Source: Rhina ancylostomus (taxonomy: Eukaryota). From it: a stretch of 64,000 nucleotides of DNA. This document shows, piece after piece, positions 53,770-64,000 of this stretch (positions are counted from its first letter, which is position 1; each line of letters begins with the position of its first letter). Location of the stretch: the NCBI GenBank assembly GCA_030265395.1, contig JARFYF010000084.1, positions 43,013,614 through 43,077,613 on the forward strand. The letters are read 5' to 3'. Below the pieces are notes generated by a model. It was not told the origin of the DNA, searched no databases, and was given only the letters and a program-made list of their open reading frames with translations. Position numbers and translations under genes: made by a program.

Positions 53770-54850
53770 GTTAAGACAGTTGGACAGGTACATGGATAGG
53801 ATGTATTTAGAGGGATATGGGTAAATGGACTGGCTTGGATGTGTATCTTGGTTGGCATGGACAAGTTGAGCTGAAGGGCCTGTTTCTGTGCTGTATGTCT
53901 CTAAGCAAATGTATAGTTTGGATTGATTCCATGCAGGTGCTGCAGGCAGTTTGGAAGGCAAAGGGTATGTTAATTATTCTCGATTTTGGTCATTTGTTTA
54001 CAACATAGGAGGAGACCACTGGGCCCATTGAGACTTTGCTAACTCCCCACAGGCTGCACCAGGGGACTGAGTCATACCGAATTGAAGTGGAGCAGTCTCA
54101 CAGCTTCAAACTGCAGTGCCACGGTACTGACTGCCTTGAGGATTTGAACACAAGAATAAAGAAGTCTTAATATAACCACATATGTAGCTTTGGTCAGACA
54201 GCAACTGGAGTGTTCGTGTACATTCTTGGTTTCCTTATCTGAAAAGGATATGCTTGCTGTAGAGGGAGTGCAAGGAAGTTTCACCAGACTGGTTCTTGGG
54301 ATGACCCAGTTCTATCATATGAGGAGAGACTGAGTGAACTAACCTCTTTAGAGTGTAGAAGAAGGAGGTGATCTTCTTGAAATTTACAAAAATCTTAAGA
54401 GGGCTTGACAGGATGTTTTCCTTGTTAAGGAGTCAAGAAATAAGAGTCACAGTCTCGGGGGGGGGGTAGAAAAGGATGGGCCATNNNNNNNNNNNNNNNN
54501 NNNNNNNNNNNNNNNNNNNNNNNNNNNNNNNNNNNNNNNNNNNNNNNNNNNNNNNNNNNNNNNNNNNNNNNNNNNNNNNNNNNNAAATAAGAGTCACAGT
54601 CTCGGGGGGGGGGGTAGAAAAGGATGGGCCATTTACAACTAAAATTGGGAGGAATTTCTTCTTTCAAAAAGTGTTGAATATCTCAAATATTTATCCTGGA
54701 AGGTTGTGGAGGCTCAGTGCATTTAAAATAAACAAGGATATTAGAAAAATTGAGGGATAAGGGACGAGAATGGGGAAATGGTGTTGAACTCGTTGAGTGA
54801 AGGAGGAGGCTCAAGGGATTGAAGGCCTACTTCTGTTGTTATTCCTTCTG
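53770..54850 (+). mobile_element. Cluster of CR1 3' fragments
   Basis: CR1 tail at 53770-53900. LVRQQLECSCTFL / GVQGSFTRLVLGM fragment at 54180-54850. Confidence 0.7.
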
Positions 54851-55379
54851 AGGTGTGTCTATTCCAAAAACAACTTGAAAGCTCATCAATAATGCTAATC
54901 CGAGAATTGTTCAACCAGTGAAAGGTGTTAATGCACCTCTCAAAACTTGGATACTTTGACCATGTGATCCTTTTCTGGAATTGCAGCCAGAATAGGCTGC
55001 ATTTAAATCATTTATTCCTGGAATTAAATTAATAGCATCAGCTCCTCTGTAGGTAAAGATTTCTTCATGAAGGAGGCGATCTGGGCAATTTTATTTCGGA
55101 AGTTTAAAGTATGTGTTTAGTGAGTTTGTAATCTCGTTGAATACACATATTTTAAACCTCCTGAAGTGAAATCCCTTACTTTGTGTTTAGACTTGTGCAT
55201 GTGAGACACAAGAAGTTAATGTATGTGTAGTTTATTCATGGTGTCTTCACATTCCATCTCTGGAACTTTCTATAAAGATTTTTGCAGTCCAGAAAGCTGA
55301 TAGTCACAAGACAGTCCTAAGAGAGTCAGTGGCCTTAAAGTAATAATTATAGTCCTAGATTACCATTGTGCATACTGTA

Positions 55380-57360
55380 TTGATTCTCTTTCCAAAGAAT
55401 CAGAAATTGATTCATGGAGGCACAGGTTTTTGCCCTCTCTGTGACCTGGTGTTAATTGTGTTGAACTTGCACATTCACTAGCTGTTGGTGGAGTATCGTA
55501 CTTTCTTGGACTCAATGATGTTGATTCTCAACACTTCAACAGAAATATTAAGTGTTGTTTCTTCTTGAATGTGCAGTTCACTTCAGGAGCATCTTCGGCC
55601 ACACAGTCTTCACTATTCTCCTGGGAATTATGCACAAGAAGCTTGTCCATGTGGACTCTTCAAAATTTCTCACCAATTTTCAGAGGATAATTCCTTGGAT
55701 CATGTACACTTACCTCCAACCTGCAAGGAGATCTTGGTACACAAGCTGTATCTTTCAGGTTGAAGCTTTTCTCTTTGGAACTGCCTTTCCTCTACTTTAT
55801 GTGTATGATGCACAAGCAAAAGGCTTCTTGTGGTTACGTGTGGCTAATCACTGCCTGATCTCCATGCTTAAAAATGCAGCAAGTAAGTTTTTTGCATTTG
55901 GTTGGTGTTGTAATGCACCAAAAGGGATTTGGTGATGAGGCTTTACTTGTTGGAACATGTGCTTTTCTCAGATTTTGTTTTTATTTTTTCCACCACCATG
56001 GTTTGTTTTTAATGAATGAAGTGGAGTCAATGCTGTTGCAAAGTTGGTTAGAAATCTGGTATAGCAAGGGACCGTTATCTAGAAATCTCAGAGCTCAGTC
56101 ACATTTTGCAGTGTTCCGGCTGTAATGATGGTCTAAACCTTTTCTCTAACTGGCTGCAGCATTGAGTAATGGATCTGAATAAATCACTTCCTTCTGGATG
56201 AAAGAATGCCTGCCTTTCTTAAGCTTGACATTATGTTGATGAGGTCTTCTAAGCACTTCCTCCATATATATTCGAAGGATTTTTCTCCTCAGTCTTGTCT
56301 TGATCACTCAGACAGTTTTCAGCATCCTGCAGCATCTCATCCATAGAATTTTTGGTGATGATTTTATTCTTTACTGTTGCTTGGTGGATATTAAATTCCA
56401 AATAGTGTTAGCTTTCTATATCTGCGTTAAGTGGGCTTGGGCACAAGACAAATCTAATTTTGTCCTCTGCCAAATCAGCCTATCAACCTTGAGATGTTGG
56501 CAGAAGTATTTTGTCTGTCAACACATTATTAAGGGGTACTTTGTAATCTCAGCAGAAATGGATGGTCTTGCTTGCTCAAGGTATCGCCACCATGTATATC
56601 ATCCCACCACTCAGTGACACTTCCATCAATATCCCACAGCTTTCCAGTTTGTTCAGCTCTTCCACCAGAATTTTTGTATGGTGTGGGTCTATGTTTGTAA
56701 TAGATGGTTTGGCAGTTGGTTTGTTATGTTTGAGCTCATGAGTGAATCCTTAAATGCATCTTCATGTTATTCTAGAAACTTCTTTAAACAAAGATTTAAT
56801 GCTTGCTTTGAATATTTATTTCTTGCCATTGCAAAATTGGTTTGTTAATAATCATAAGCATAATCAGTAGCTTATCTTTGGGCCATTGTAGAGTACTGCA
56901 TGTTCCATTTTGTGTACGTGGAGTCTTATCAGAATATATTCTCAACCTTCAATACATTTGCTAATGGAGCCATCCTGAAGTTTTGGTCAAACATTCTCCT
57001 TCCATGACGAAGCAGTCCCCAGCTTTATCAATATTTGTACAGGTGTTTTGATTATTAATCTGTAATTTTGAAATCATTGCCTGTATCACATTTGTATGCC
57101 TGTTTAAAACAATAAATGTTATTTAAAATGCATTCATCATAGGACGCTGCTTGACTTTGCTTCTTTGGGCTGCAGAATCTTGTTTACTTCTGGACACACA
57201 GGCTATGTCCTTGCTTTCTGCAATTGAAACCTTTCCCTGCTCTGAGCTGCCACACTTGGGATGATGATTCACACTGCAAAAGATTGCAGAGTTTCCCACC
57301 AGACCTATTTCCTCGTGCAGTTTGCATTCGTGCTTCCACCATTCATCCTGATACTGATCT
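55380..57360 (-). mobile_element. Degraded Gypsy/Ty3 LTR retrotransposon gag-pol fossil
   Basis: Minus strand, in order: zinc-knuckle-like FNCRKQGH; RT fragments ILVEELNKLESCGIL, DYKVPLNNVL, KLDLSCA, MDEMLQD, EEVLRRPHQHNVKLKKGRHSFIQKEVIY and LQNVTEL; then YTRFLTNFATALTPLHS and RNase H GAVISH/KPFACAS. Confidence 0.8.
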
Positions 57361-57449
57361 ATATATAATGTTTACACCAAGACTTTGTGCAGGCTGAAAT
57401 TCTCTCAGATATTTTTAGACGTTGCTTCAGTTGAAGTAAGCTATTAATT

Positions 57450-57660
57450 GTGCTCCCACATTCCAAAGATGTTATAGGTAGGTTAATTGACCTCTGGTGA
57501 AGGTAAATGACAAAAGAACTCCTTTTGAGTTGATGGTCATGTGAGAAAAATAAATTGCAGGGATACATAGAAATTGGGAGAAGGGGAATGGGACTGATGG
57601 GATTGCACTGCTGGAGCTGGTATGGAATTAATGGGCTGAAAGGCCTCTATTCTGTGCTGT
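57450..57660 (+). mobile_element. SINE 3' part with CR1-like tail
   Basis: ctcccacattccaaagatg...aggttaattgacc...atgggctgaaaggcctctattctgtgctgtaa. Confidence 0.6.
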
Positions 57661-59789
57661 AATACCAAGGTAAAAGAGTAAACTTGTGTGTGGGAGGAAG
57701 CTCGAAAGTGTATGTAGTTGATTCAAAGGCTCTCATAAATTGTCTCTGGAACTTTCTACAAGCATTGTAACTGCTCTATGGATTGTTACTGATTTAACAG
57801 AATACTTAAAGGGATGACTGCCTTAAAGCAACACTTATTGGACATGGTTTATGCTGCGTAATATTACATGCAATTACAGAGCATTGGCTGTATCTCCTTT
57901 CTACTTCTACCTCCTAGCCCTTCCAGGAATGGCTATTACTTTTCTGAGATCTACTCGTTGCTCAGTTAACTGCTTATTCCAGTATATTTTATGTTGCTTG
58001 TTGCGGCAGGGATGTGGATGGTTGCCTCTTACACTTATCCTCTGTACTTGGCCTGAACCTATCCAGTTGGGGTAAAGCCTGTCTCAGCTCCAGATCCCTT
58101 TTTAAAGTTCATTAATATTTGTTTTATTCGGTCCCCAGCCTAAATTATGTTGGCACCACTTCTACTTGTGAACTTCAACTGTCATCCCACAGGGGCTCGG
58201 AGAAGCCCATGTGTACTTGTATCAACGGGTACTTCATTTCTTTTCTGTTTGCAGCCTCTTTGAAAAGTTTTACTGCTGAGCCGCTTGGTCCCTCAAGACC
58301 TACTGGAATAGAAATTTTTGGTTAAAAAAATTAGCTTATTAATTAATTTGCATTAATAAAGTTTGTGGCTACAGGGGTTGTGAGCTTTGGCAAACTTTTG
58401 GTATTTCTTATCTAGGTGCAGGCCCTCAGACTGACCACAAATGTACCAGAGTACAGACCTGTACATTCCCTCATTCATGGTGCATTGGAGATCTTGTCTC
58501 CTGCTGCAGATTTAGGATTTCAATGGGTGTGGGAGGACAGCTGGGAGATGTCCAACTGGGCACATTGCTTGCATGCCTATGGTCTCCTTTTGCCCTACCT
58601 TAGGGCATTCCATCAAATGGCAGTCCTTAAGCAGAGCGTCTTGGCTGGGCAGACATTGCTAGTTTGATAATAATTGTTTCCTTCATTTCATTGCTGGTTG
58701 AATGAGCAACAGTGATAACATATTCCATTTATTTTTCACCTTCTGCACAGCTAAATTTCCCAAGGTGCTGCTTAGGAATGTCATCAAACAAAAAAAGGGT
58801 GCCAAGCTGTTTATTATCCTGTCGTTACAGGTTTTGGCAGCACCAGCAATCATTTCATACCTGCGAGTGCTTTGCTGCCATGCTTTGAGAATATGGGAGA
58901 TGTCAGAAGTTGTTTTAAGGAGTGCCTTAAAGGGAGAAGAAAATATGTTGGGAGGGAATTCCAAAGATTATTTTGGTTTAGATTACTATCTTGTCTTGAA
59001 ATAAAGGCGATTGATGTTGGCACTGTATTAGGCCTCGCTCCCAGGTCTCTTCATATCTTTATGGAGCACTCTACCCTGTGCTGTGTCCATCCCTTTGTCT
59101 CAGCTTGAAGCCCACACATTCAAGAATCTGAGTAGATGATCTAGGCTGTCATTTTAATGTAATGCTTAGAGGGTGCCGTGTTGCTTATTTAAGATGTAAG
59201 ATTTAAATCAAGACTTCATTTCCCTCTTCTAGTACTGTGGGTGAGTGCTAATTGCCATAAAGTTATTTAGAAAAATAGCTGAGGGGTTTCTTGATGTTCT
59301 GGCCAGCAATCATTCCTCTGCCAACACCACACAAATTAAATTTATTTGTTTCATCACTGGCTTTGACAGTTTGCTAGGTGTTAGATTGCTGCAGTGTTTG
59401 CCCATGCAAATAACTGCACTTAAGATATTTTTGGTAGGTTTTTGATGACAACTTTACCAGCTACAGGTACTCTCTCCACTTATCAGTAAAAACCCTCCTA
59501 ATGTGTGTGCCTGTACTGCTGCCACTTTAGGCAGTTATATTTCTGCAGGTAGAGAGGAGCTGCAGCAAACCTCTAGTTCTGGCATATGTCTAACAAGATG
59601 TGTCTTTATTCATTTTTTTGTATTATGCATAGTACATTTTGCATTTCTGCACAGTCTTTCTTTGCATTTGCTGAAATATAATTGTAGAGCCCTAGATGTA
59701 TGCAATTTTAGTGTTGTAGAGGATTAGTTAATTTAGAAGGTGAATGTGTTAATTTCCTTCCAGTGAGTACTGAGGTATTTGCTTCCATT

Positions 59790-60690
59790 AATGAAACAGA
59801 TGAGGGAGAGATGATGGGCAGATGGAACTAGGGTGGGGGGGTGAACCAAGGGAGAAGAAACCCAGGGTGTGGTGGTGATGGGCAGATGAAACTAGGTTGG
59901 GGTGGTGATGGGCCTTGGTATTGGGATGAGGATTGGAAAAGGTGAACTAAGGGATAGAGAACCCGGGTGGATTAGTGGGGGTAGATAAAAACACTGTGCA
60001 TGGGTTACCTAAAATTTTTCTAAAAATTGATGTTCATACCACTGGGCTAAAGGCTGCCCAAGAGGAATAGGAGGTGCTGTTCTTTTAGTTTGCATTTGGC
60101 CTTGCACAGGCAGTGGAGAAGACCAAGGATGTGTGGGAAGGGGAGTTGAAATGATGTGCTCCCGGAAGCTCAAGATGGCCGTCATCGACGGGGCTCTGCA
60201 AAAAAAGCCATCTAGTCTGTGCTTGGTCTTGCCAATGTAGAGGAGCCCACATCATGAATGATATACATCAGGTTAGAGGAGATGCACATGAATCTCTGCC
60301 TCACCTGGAAGGCCTGTTTAGGTCCCTGGATGGTGGAGAGGGAAGAGGTGTAGCTCCTGCAGGGGATGTGCCAGGAATGGAGAAGGGTGGGCGGGGAGGG
60401 ATGAGTGGGCCAGGGAGTCACGGAGAGTGTGGTTCCTGTGGTGGGGAGAAAAGGGAAAGATGTGGCTGGTGGAAGTGGTGAAGGATAATTTGCTGGATAT
60501 TGAGGTTACAGGGATAAAAGGCAAGGACCAGGGGAGCTCGATCTCTGTTCCTGAATTTGAGGGTAGGATGGAAATTGGTGGTAAAGATGATAAAATTGAC
60601 CAGTTCTACACAAGTCCCGGAAGCAGCACTAATGTGCCCAACTTTGTAGTGGAGAATTGGTGAGGTACTAGAGTAGGTTTGGCACAAGCA
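59790..60690 (-). mobile_element. Penelope-like element, RT C-terminus plus GIY-YIG endonuclease, degraded
   Basis: Minus strand reads NRDRAPLVLAFYP, QVRQRFMCISSNLMYII..CGLLYIGKTKHRL (GIY-YIG) and C-terminal L.PSGMNI. Confidence 0.8.
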
Positions 60691-61394
60691 CTGTTCCATG
60701 TAGCAACAAATGTTGCTTTACTCATGGACTTTATTTTGCACTGCATCTTTCAAAGTGCTTCTCTTTGGTTTTGAGCGTTTTTTATTACTTCCCTTTTTTG
60801 TGTTACAATTACAGCAAGTTACTGAACTGTTAACATACTAGAGGAAGGAACATGCACCAGACAGATTTTTTAATCATTTCATAGGTTGCAGCATTTTGAT
60901 TAACATTCTTAATAATGCAGGATCGACATGTTTACATGTAAATTATCTTTTTTTATTCAGTTGAGGCAAAACCAAACTTCTTGCTTCTTCAGTTCTCTAA
61001 ACAAAAGTATCTTTTTTATAAAAAACATAATCACCCTTTCTTGCAGTTAAGATTTAACTGTTATTGTGGACTTTCTGAGATTTTTGTTTTTAATTGCTTT
61101 TTTTTCAGAAATGAGTTTTCACAAATATCCAAATGTAAATGTACAAAAAGCATCAACAGGGCAGGTAATTGGTATTGTTGAATAATTATTGTCATATGAT
61201 TTTTTAAAAAATTGGAAGTGTCATCTTTTGTACAAGCGACCCTTGTATTACTATAGCTCGGGTAATGTAAATTCACCAACAGCATTCACAAATCACTACC
61301 AAAAAAAATGAGATGTGGAATAAAAATTCACTCTTGAAATTTGGGGGGGGGGNNNNNNNNNNNNNNNNNNNNNNNNNNNNNNNNNNNNNNNNNN

Positions 61395-61700
61395 ATCAGG
61401 ATCCTTTTATTCCCACCCTTTGTTTTCTGCCAACCAGCCAATGCTCCACTCATTCTGTTATGCTACCGGTAATTCCATGACCCCTCATTGATCAGTCTTT
61501 TGTGTGGCACCTTGTCGAAGGCCTTTTGAAAGTCTAAATACACTACATCTACCACCTCTCCCTTATACACCCTGCCTGAGATTTCTCCAAAAAACTCCAA
61601 TAGGTTAGTCAGGCAGGATCTTCACTTCACGAAACCATGTTGGTTTGGACCTATCTTGCCATGCGCCTCTAGGTATTCTGTAACCTCATCCTTGAGGTAT
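61395..61700 (-). mobile_element. CR1 RT fragment
   Basis: Minus strand reads QHGFVK..SCLTNLLEFFG..VDVVYLDFQKAFDKVPHKRL. Confidence 0.85.
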
Positions 61701-62004
61701 TCCTTAATGACTGATACAGAATATACTCCATTAGTTTAATAATGGGTAGTGTTAGGATTATTCAATGAACTGAAAGAACTATAGCAAGTGTATGCAGAGC
61801 AATATGATATGGGTAACAATAGTGATTTATGGGGAAATTGTCTCAGACGGTTCTTGGGAGCAGAACTTTTACACAACCCAGGCACTCCCTGTATTGTGCT
61901 CCTGTGTGCCAGGACATTTATGTTTTGCTGCTCTGTCTTCTGAAGAGCCCTGGTGCACTTGAGTATCCAGGAATGACCTCTATGGGTCTACTACTTATTT
62001 TGGC

Positions 62005-62230
62005 ACAGGAGGCTATTCAGCCCATTGGGTCCACACTGCTTTCAAACAGCAGTTACATTAGTACCATTTCTCCCCCTCCTATTTCCCTGTATCCCTGCAA
62101 CTGCTCTCTCATGCACATCAGTTCCCCTTTTGAGTCATTCGGCACTTGCCTGCACTGAGATTTCCAGTAGCCAACTACTAGCATGTTTGGGATGTGGGAG
62201 GAAAACAGAGCACCTGGTGGAAACTTGCAT
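62005..62230 (-). mobile_element. SINE fragment
   Basis: caggaggctattcagccc...tttgggatgtgggaggaaaacagagcacctgg. Confidence 0.6.
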
Positions 62231-63823
62231 AGATCAGGATGTTAAAAGAATACAGAATGTGAATTTGTGCAGTTTTGCAGCATTTTGAGACTTGTGGGTT
62301 TGGGGGGGGGGTGAATATCAATATTGATGAACTACAGTCTAATGAATTGCTGACTAGATACGATGATGTCATTTTAACCATGTCAGCCAGCAACCAGAAG
62401 CACTCACAATTTTAACTGATACAAAAAAGTTAAAAATAATGTTTAACCAGAGCAGATGCAAGCATTGATGCCACATACCCAGTAACTGGGTGCTGAGTAA
62501 AAATGCAGTTAGCCACAGCTAGGTTTCAAATTAGCTGCAAGTGGCTAAGGTGTTGACCTGCCCTGAAATGTAGTCAACGTTCATTAGCAGACTGCAACCA
62601 TTTTTAGGTAATGCATGAAACTGAAGTTCTGATGTATCTTGGAAGTGAGTATAATGCCAGTGGCAATAGGGTAATAACTGATTTTAAAGTAGAGGATAGA
62701 GATTTAAAAATAAATGTGGCTTTTCAAATACTCACAAAAAAGGTCTCATTCAATTTTGTCCAGTGGGTTACCAGCTGATGCTGTTTAAAAAATTTTGAAA
62801 CCTTGTGACTGTATTGACCAGTTTTCAGATGCCTGTTGTCAACTTAAAAGTGAGTTTTTATTGCAAAGTAGAAAACAGCACAACAGAAGAATCACTTAAA
62901 ATGGCCATAAACAACAAAACCATCTATTAATATTGCACAGTTCAACTCTTATTTTGATCTATAACATTCTGTCATTTTACAGCATTCTTAACAGCACATT
63001 TGTACAAGCAAGAAAGGGGGTGTTCATCAGTGAAGTTGCTTGCATTCCTGTTGGCATGATTCAATTTTATTTTTAAAAGTATGTACATTGTTTGTGCAGA
63101 CAAATGTCACCTGTCTTAGGTGCCAGTTATTGCATGGAATTTAATTCCATGGCTATTCTGGGTCATCCATCTGTGTGTGCAATGCAATCACTGCAGCTCT
63201 TTCCTATTTCTTTGTCTCATTGGTTGTAATATATTCTTGTACGACATCAATAGCTTACTGTCAGTGTTCAGGATGCTATAATCAATATTGATGCTGGATT
63301 CAACCACTGTATCCTGACAGTGAATTTGTAAGAGTTGTGGTTCACTACCCCAGGCTTGTTTGTGGGGTCCTTGATCATTTTAGAATTGCTTGAATACCAT
63401 TTGCTGTAAGCATTCTCTTGACTGCCACCTTTGTCAGTCATTTTTGCTTTGCAGTGTAATGGTTTGGTCAAAGTGTCTTGGGCAATCTTTTTAAAACAAA
63501 ATCATTAGGCGTCATACACTTTGCTGTTCTTGTAATCTGGGGCAGAGTGGCAGCTCGTCTTCTACTGATCTTGGTGTTTGTCCTTGTGACCCTTGCCTTG
63601 CTCTTTATCACTGTAGAAGAAAGCTCTCCTGTTTTTCCCACCCAGAATGGTAGCCTTCAGCCAACTTTTATAACTTTCTTGCGTCTGAGAAAGCTGTAGG
63701 CTCAACTCGTGCTGAGTTCAAGTGGGTATTCACCCAGCCATTGAAGTCATTGGAAAGGAAGTTGAAAGGGGCATATAACGAGCACCAGCCCATAATTCCC
63801 ATTCAAGTATAGCTTGTTTCCTG

Positions 63824-63968
63824 TGTTATGAACCAGCAACAAAAGAAACACACCGTGACATGTATAAGTGTTAAAAACTACTTTATTAATAACTACATAT
63901 GATAATAAGTGAAATAAAAGTAAAAATGTTAAACCCCTAACATTAACTCCCAAAACTAACTAAACTTG

Positions 63969-64000
<32 letters not shown>
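63824..64000 (-). mobile_element. Probable LTR 3' end (minus strand) running off the window, containing (GT)n
   Basis: Plus strand begins TGTTATG (...CATAACA on the minus strand). Minus-strand AATAAA (tttatt) lies ~60 nt inside, with a (GT)15 microsatellite at 63971-64000. Confidence 0.45.

Noticed and set aside
54436-54633. Exact ~49-bp direct repeat with a G-run flanking the gap at 54485-54584
   Set aside because: Same assembly-overlap signature, at a homopolymer.
51522-64000. Search for STK17A exon 2 (GKFAVV.KC...)
   Set aside because: Candidate AG sites (e.g. ~55052, ~58395, ~58830, ~59548) do not translate to kinase subdomains I-II; the exon is probably beyond the window.

Overview
Vertebrate genomic DNA from a draft assembly with many N gaps. 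The repeat spectrum (CR1 LINEs, Penelope-like elements, V-/Deu-SINE-like tRNA SINEs, Rex-Babar, Harbinger, Gypsy) points to a cartilaginous fish, probably a ray or sawfish (inference). The + strand carries six coding exons encoding the C-terminal HECT domain of HECW1 (NEDL1), ending at TGA 43577-43579, followed by its 3' UTR. One expected 115-nt internal exon is absent from the visible sequence and most likely lies in the gap at 23907-24006. About 7.8 kb downstream are a GC/CpG-rich promoter and the first coding exon of an STK17A (DRAK1)-type kinase (51421-51521). The rest is intron or intergenic DNA filled with decayed transposons, including a two-gene Harbinger fossil and a Gypsy gag-pol fossil. 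The most unusual observations are: (1) a 79-bp copy of the STK17A 5'UTR and start codon inserted ~530 bp upstream, between 11-bp palindromic direct repeats and with a fold-back end; (2) a family of short Penelope-derived elements with perfect 12-15-bp target-site duplications and a degenerate minimal hammerhead-ribozyme motif, some as fold-backs; (3) a near-perfect 40-bp intronic inverted repeat that hides a consensus splice donor. I found no clearly new multi-gene system. Repeat boundaries are approximate and were read by eye.
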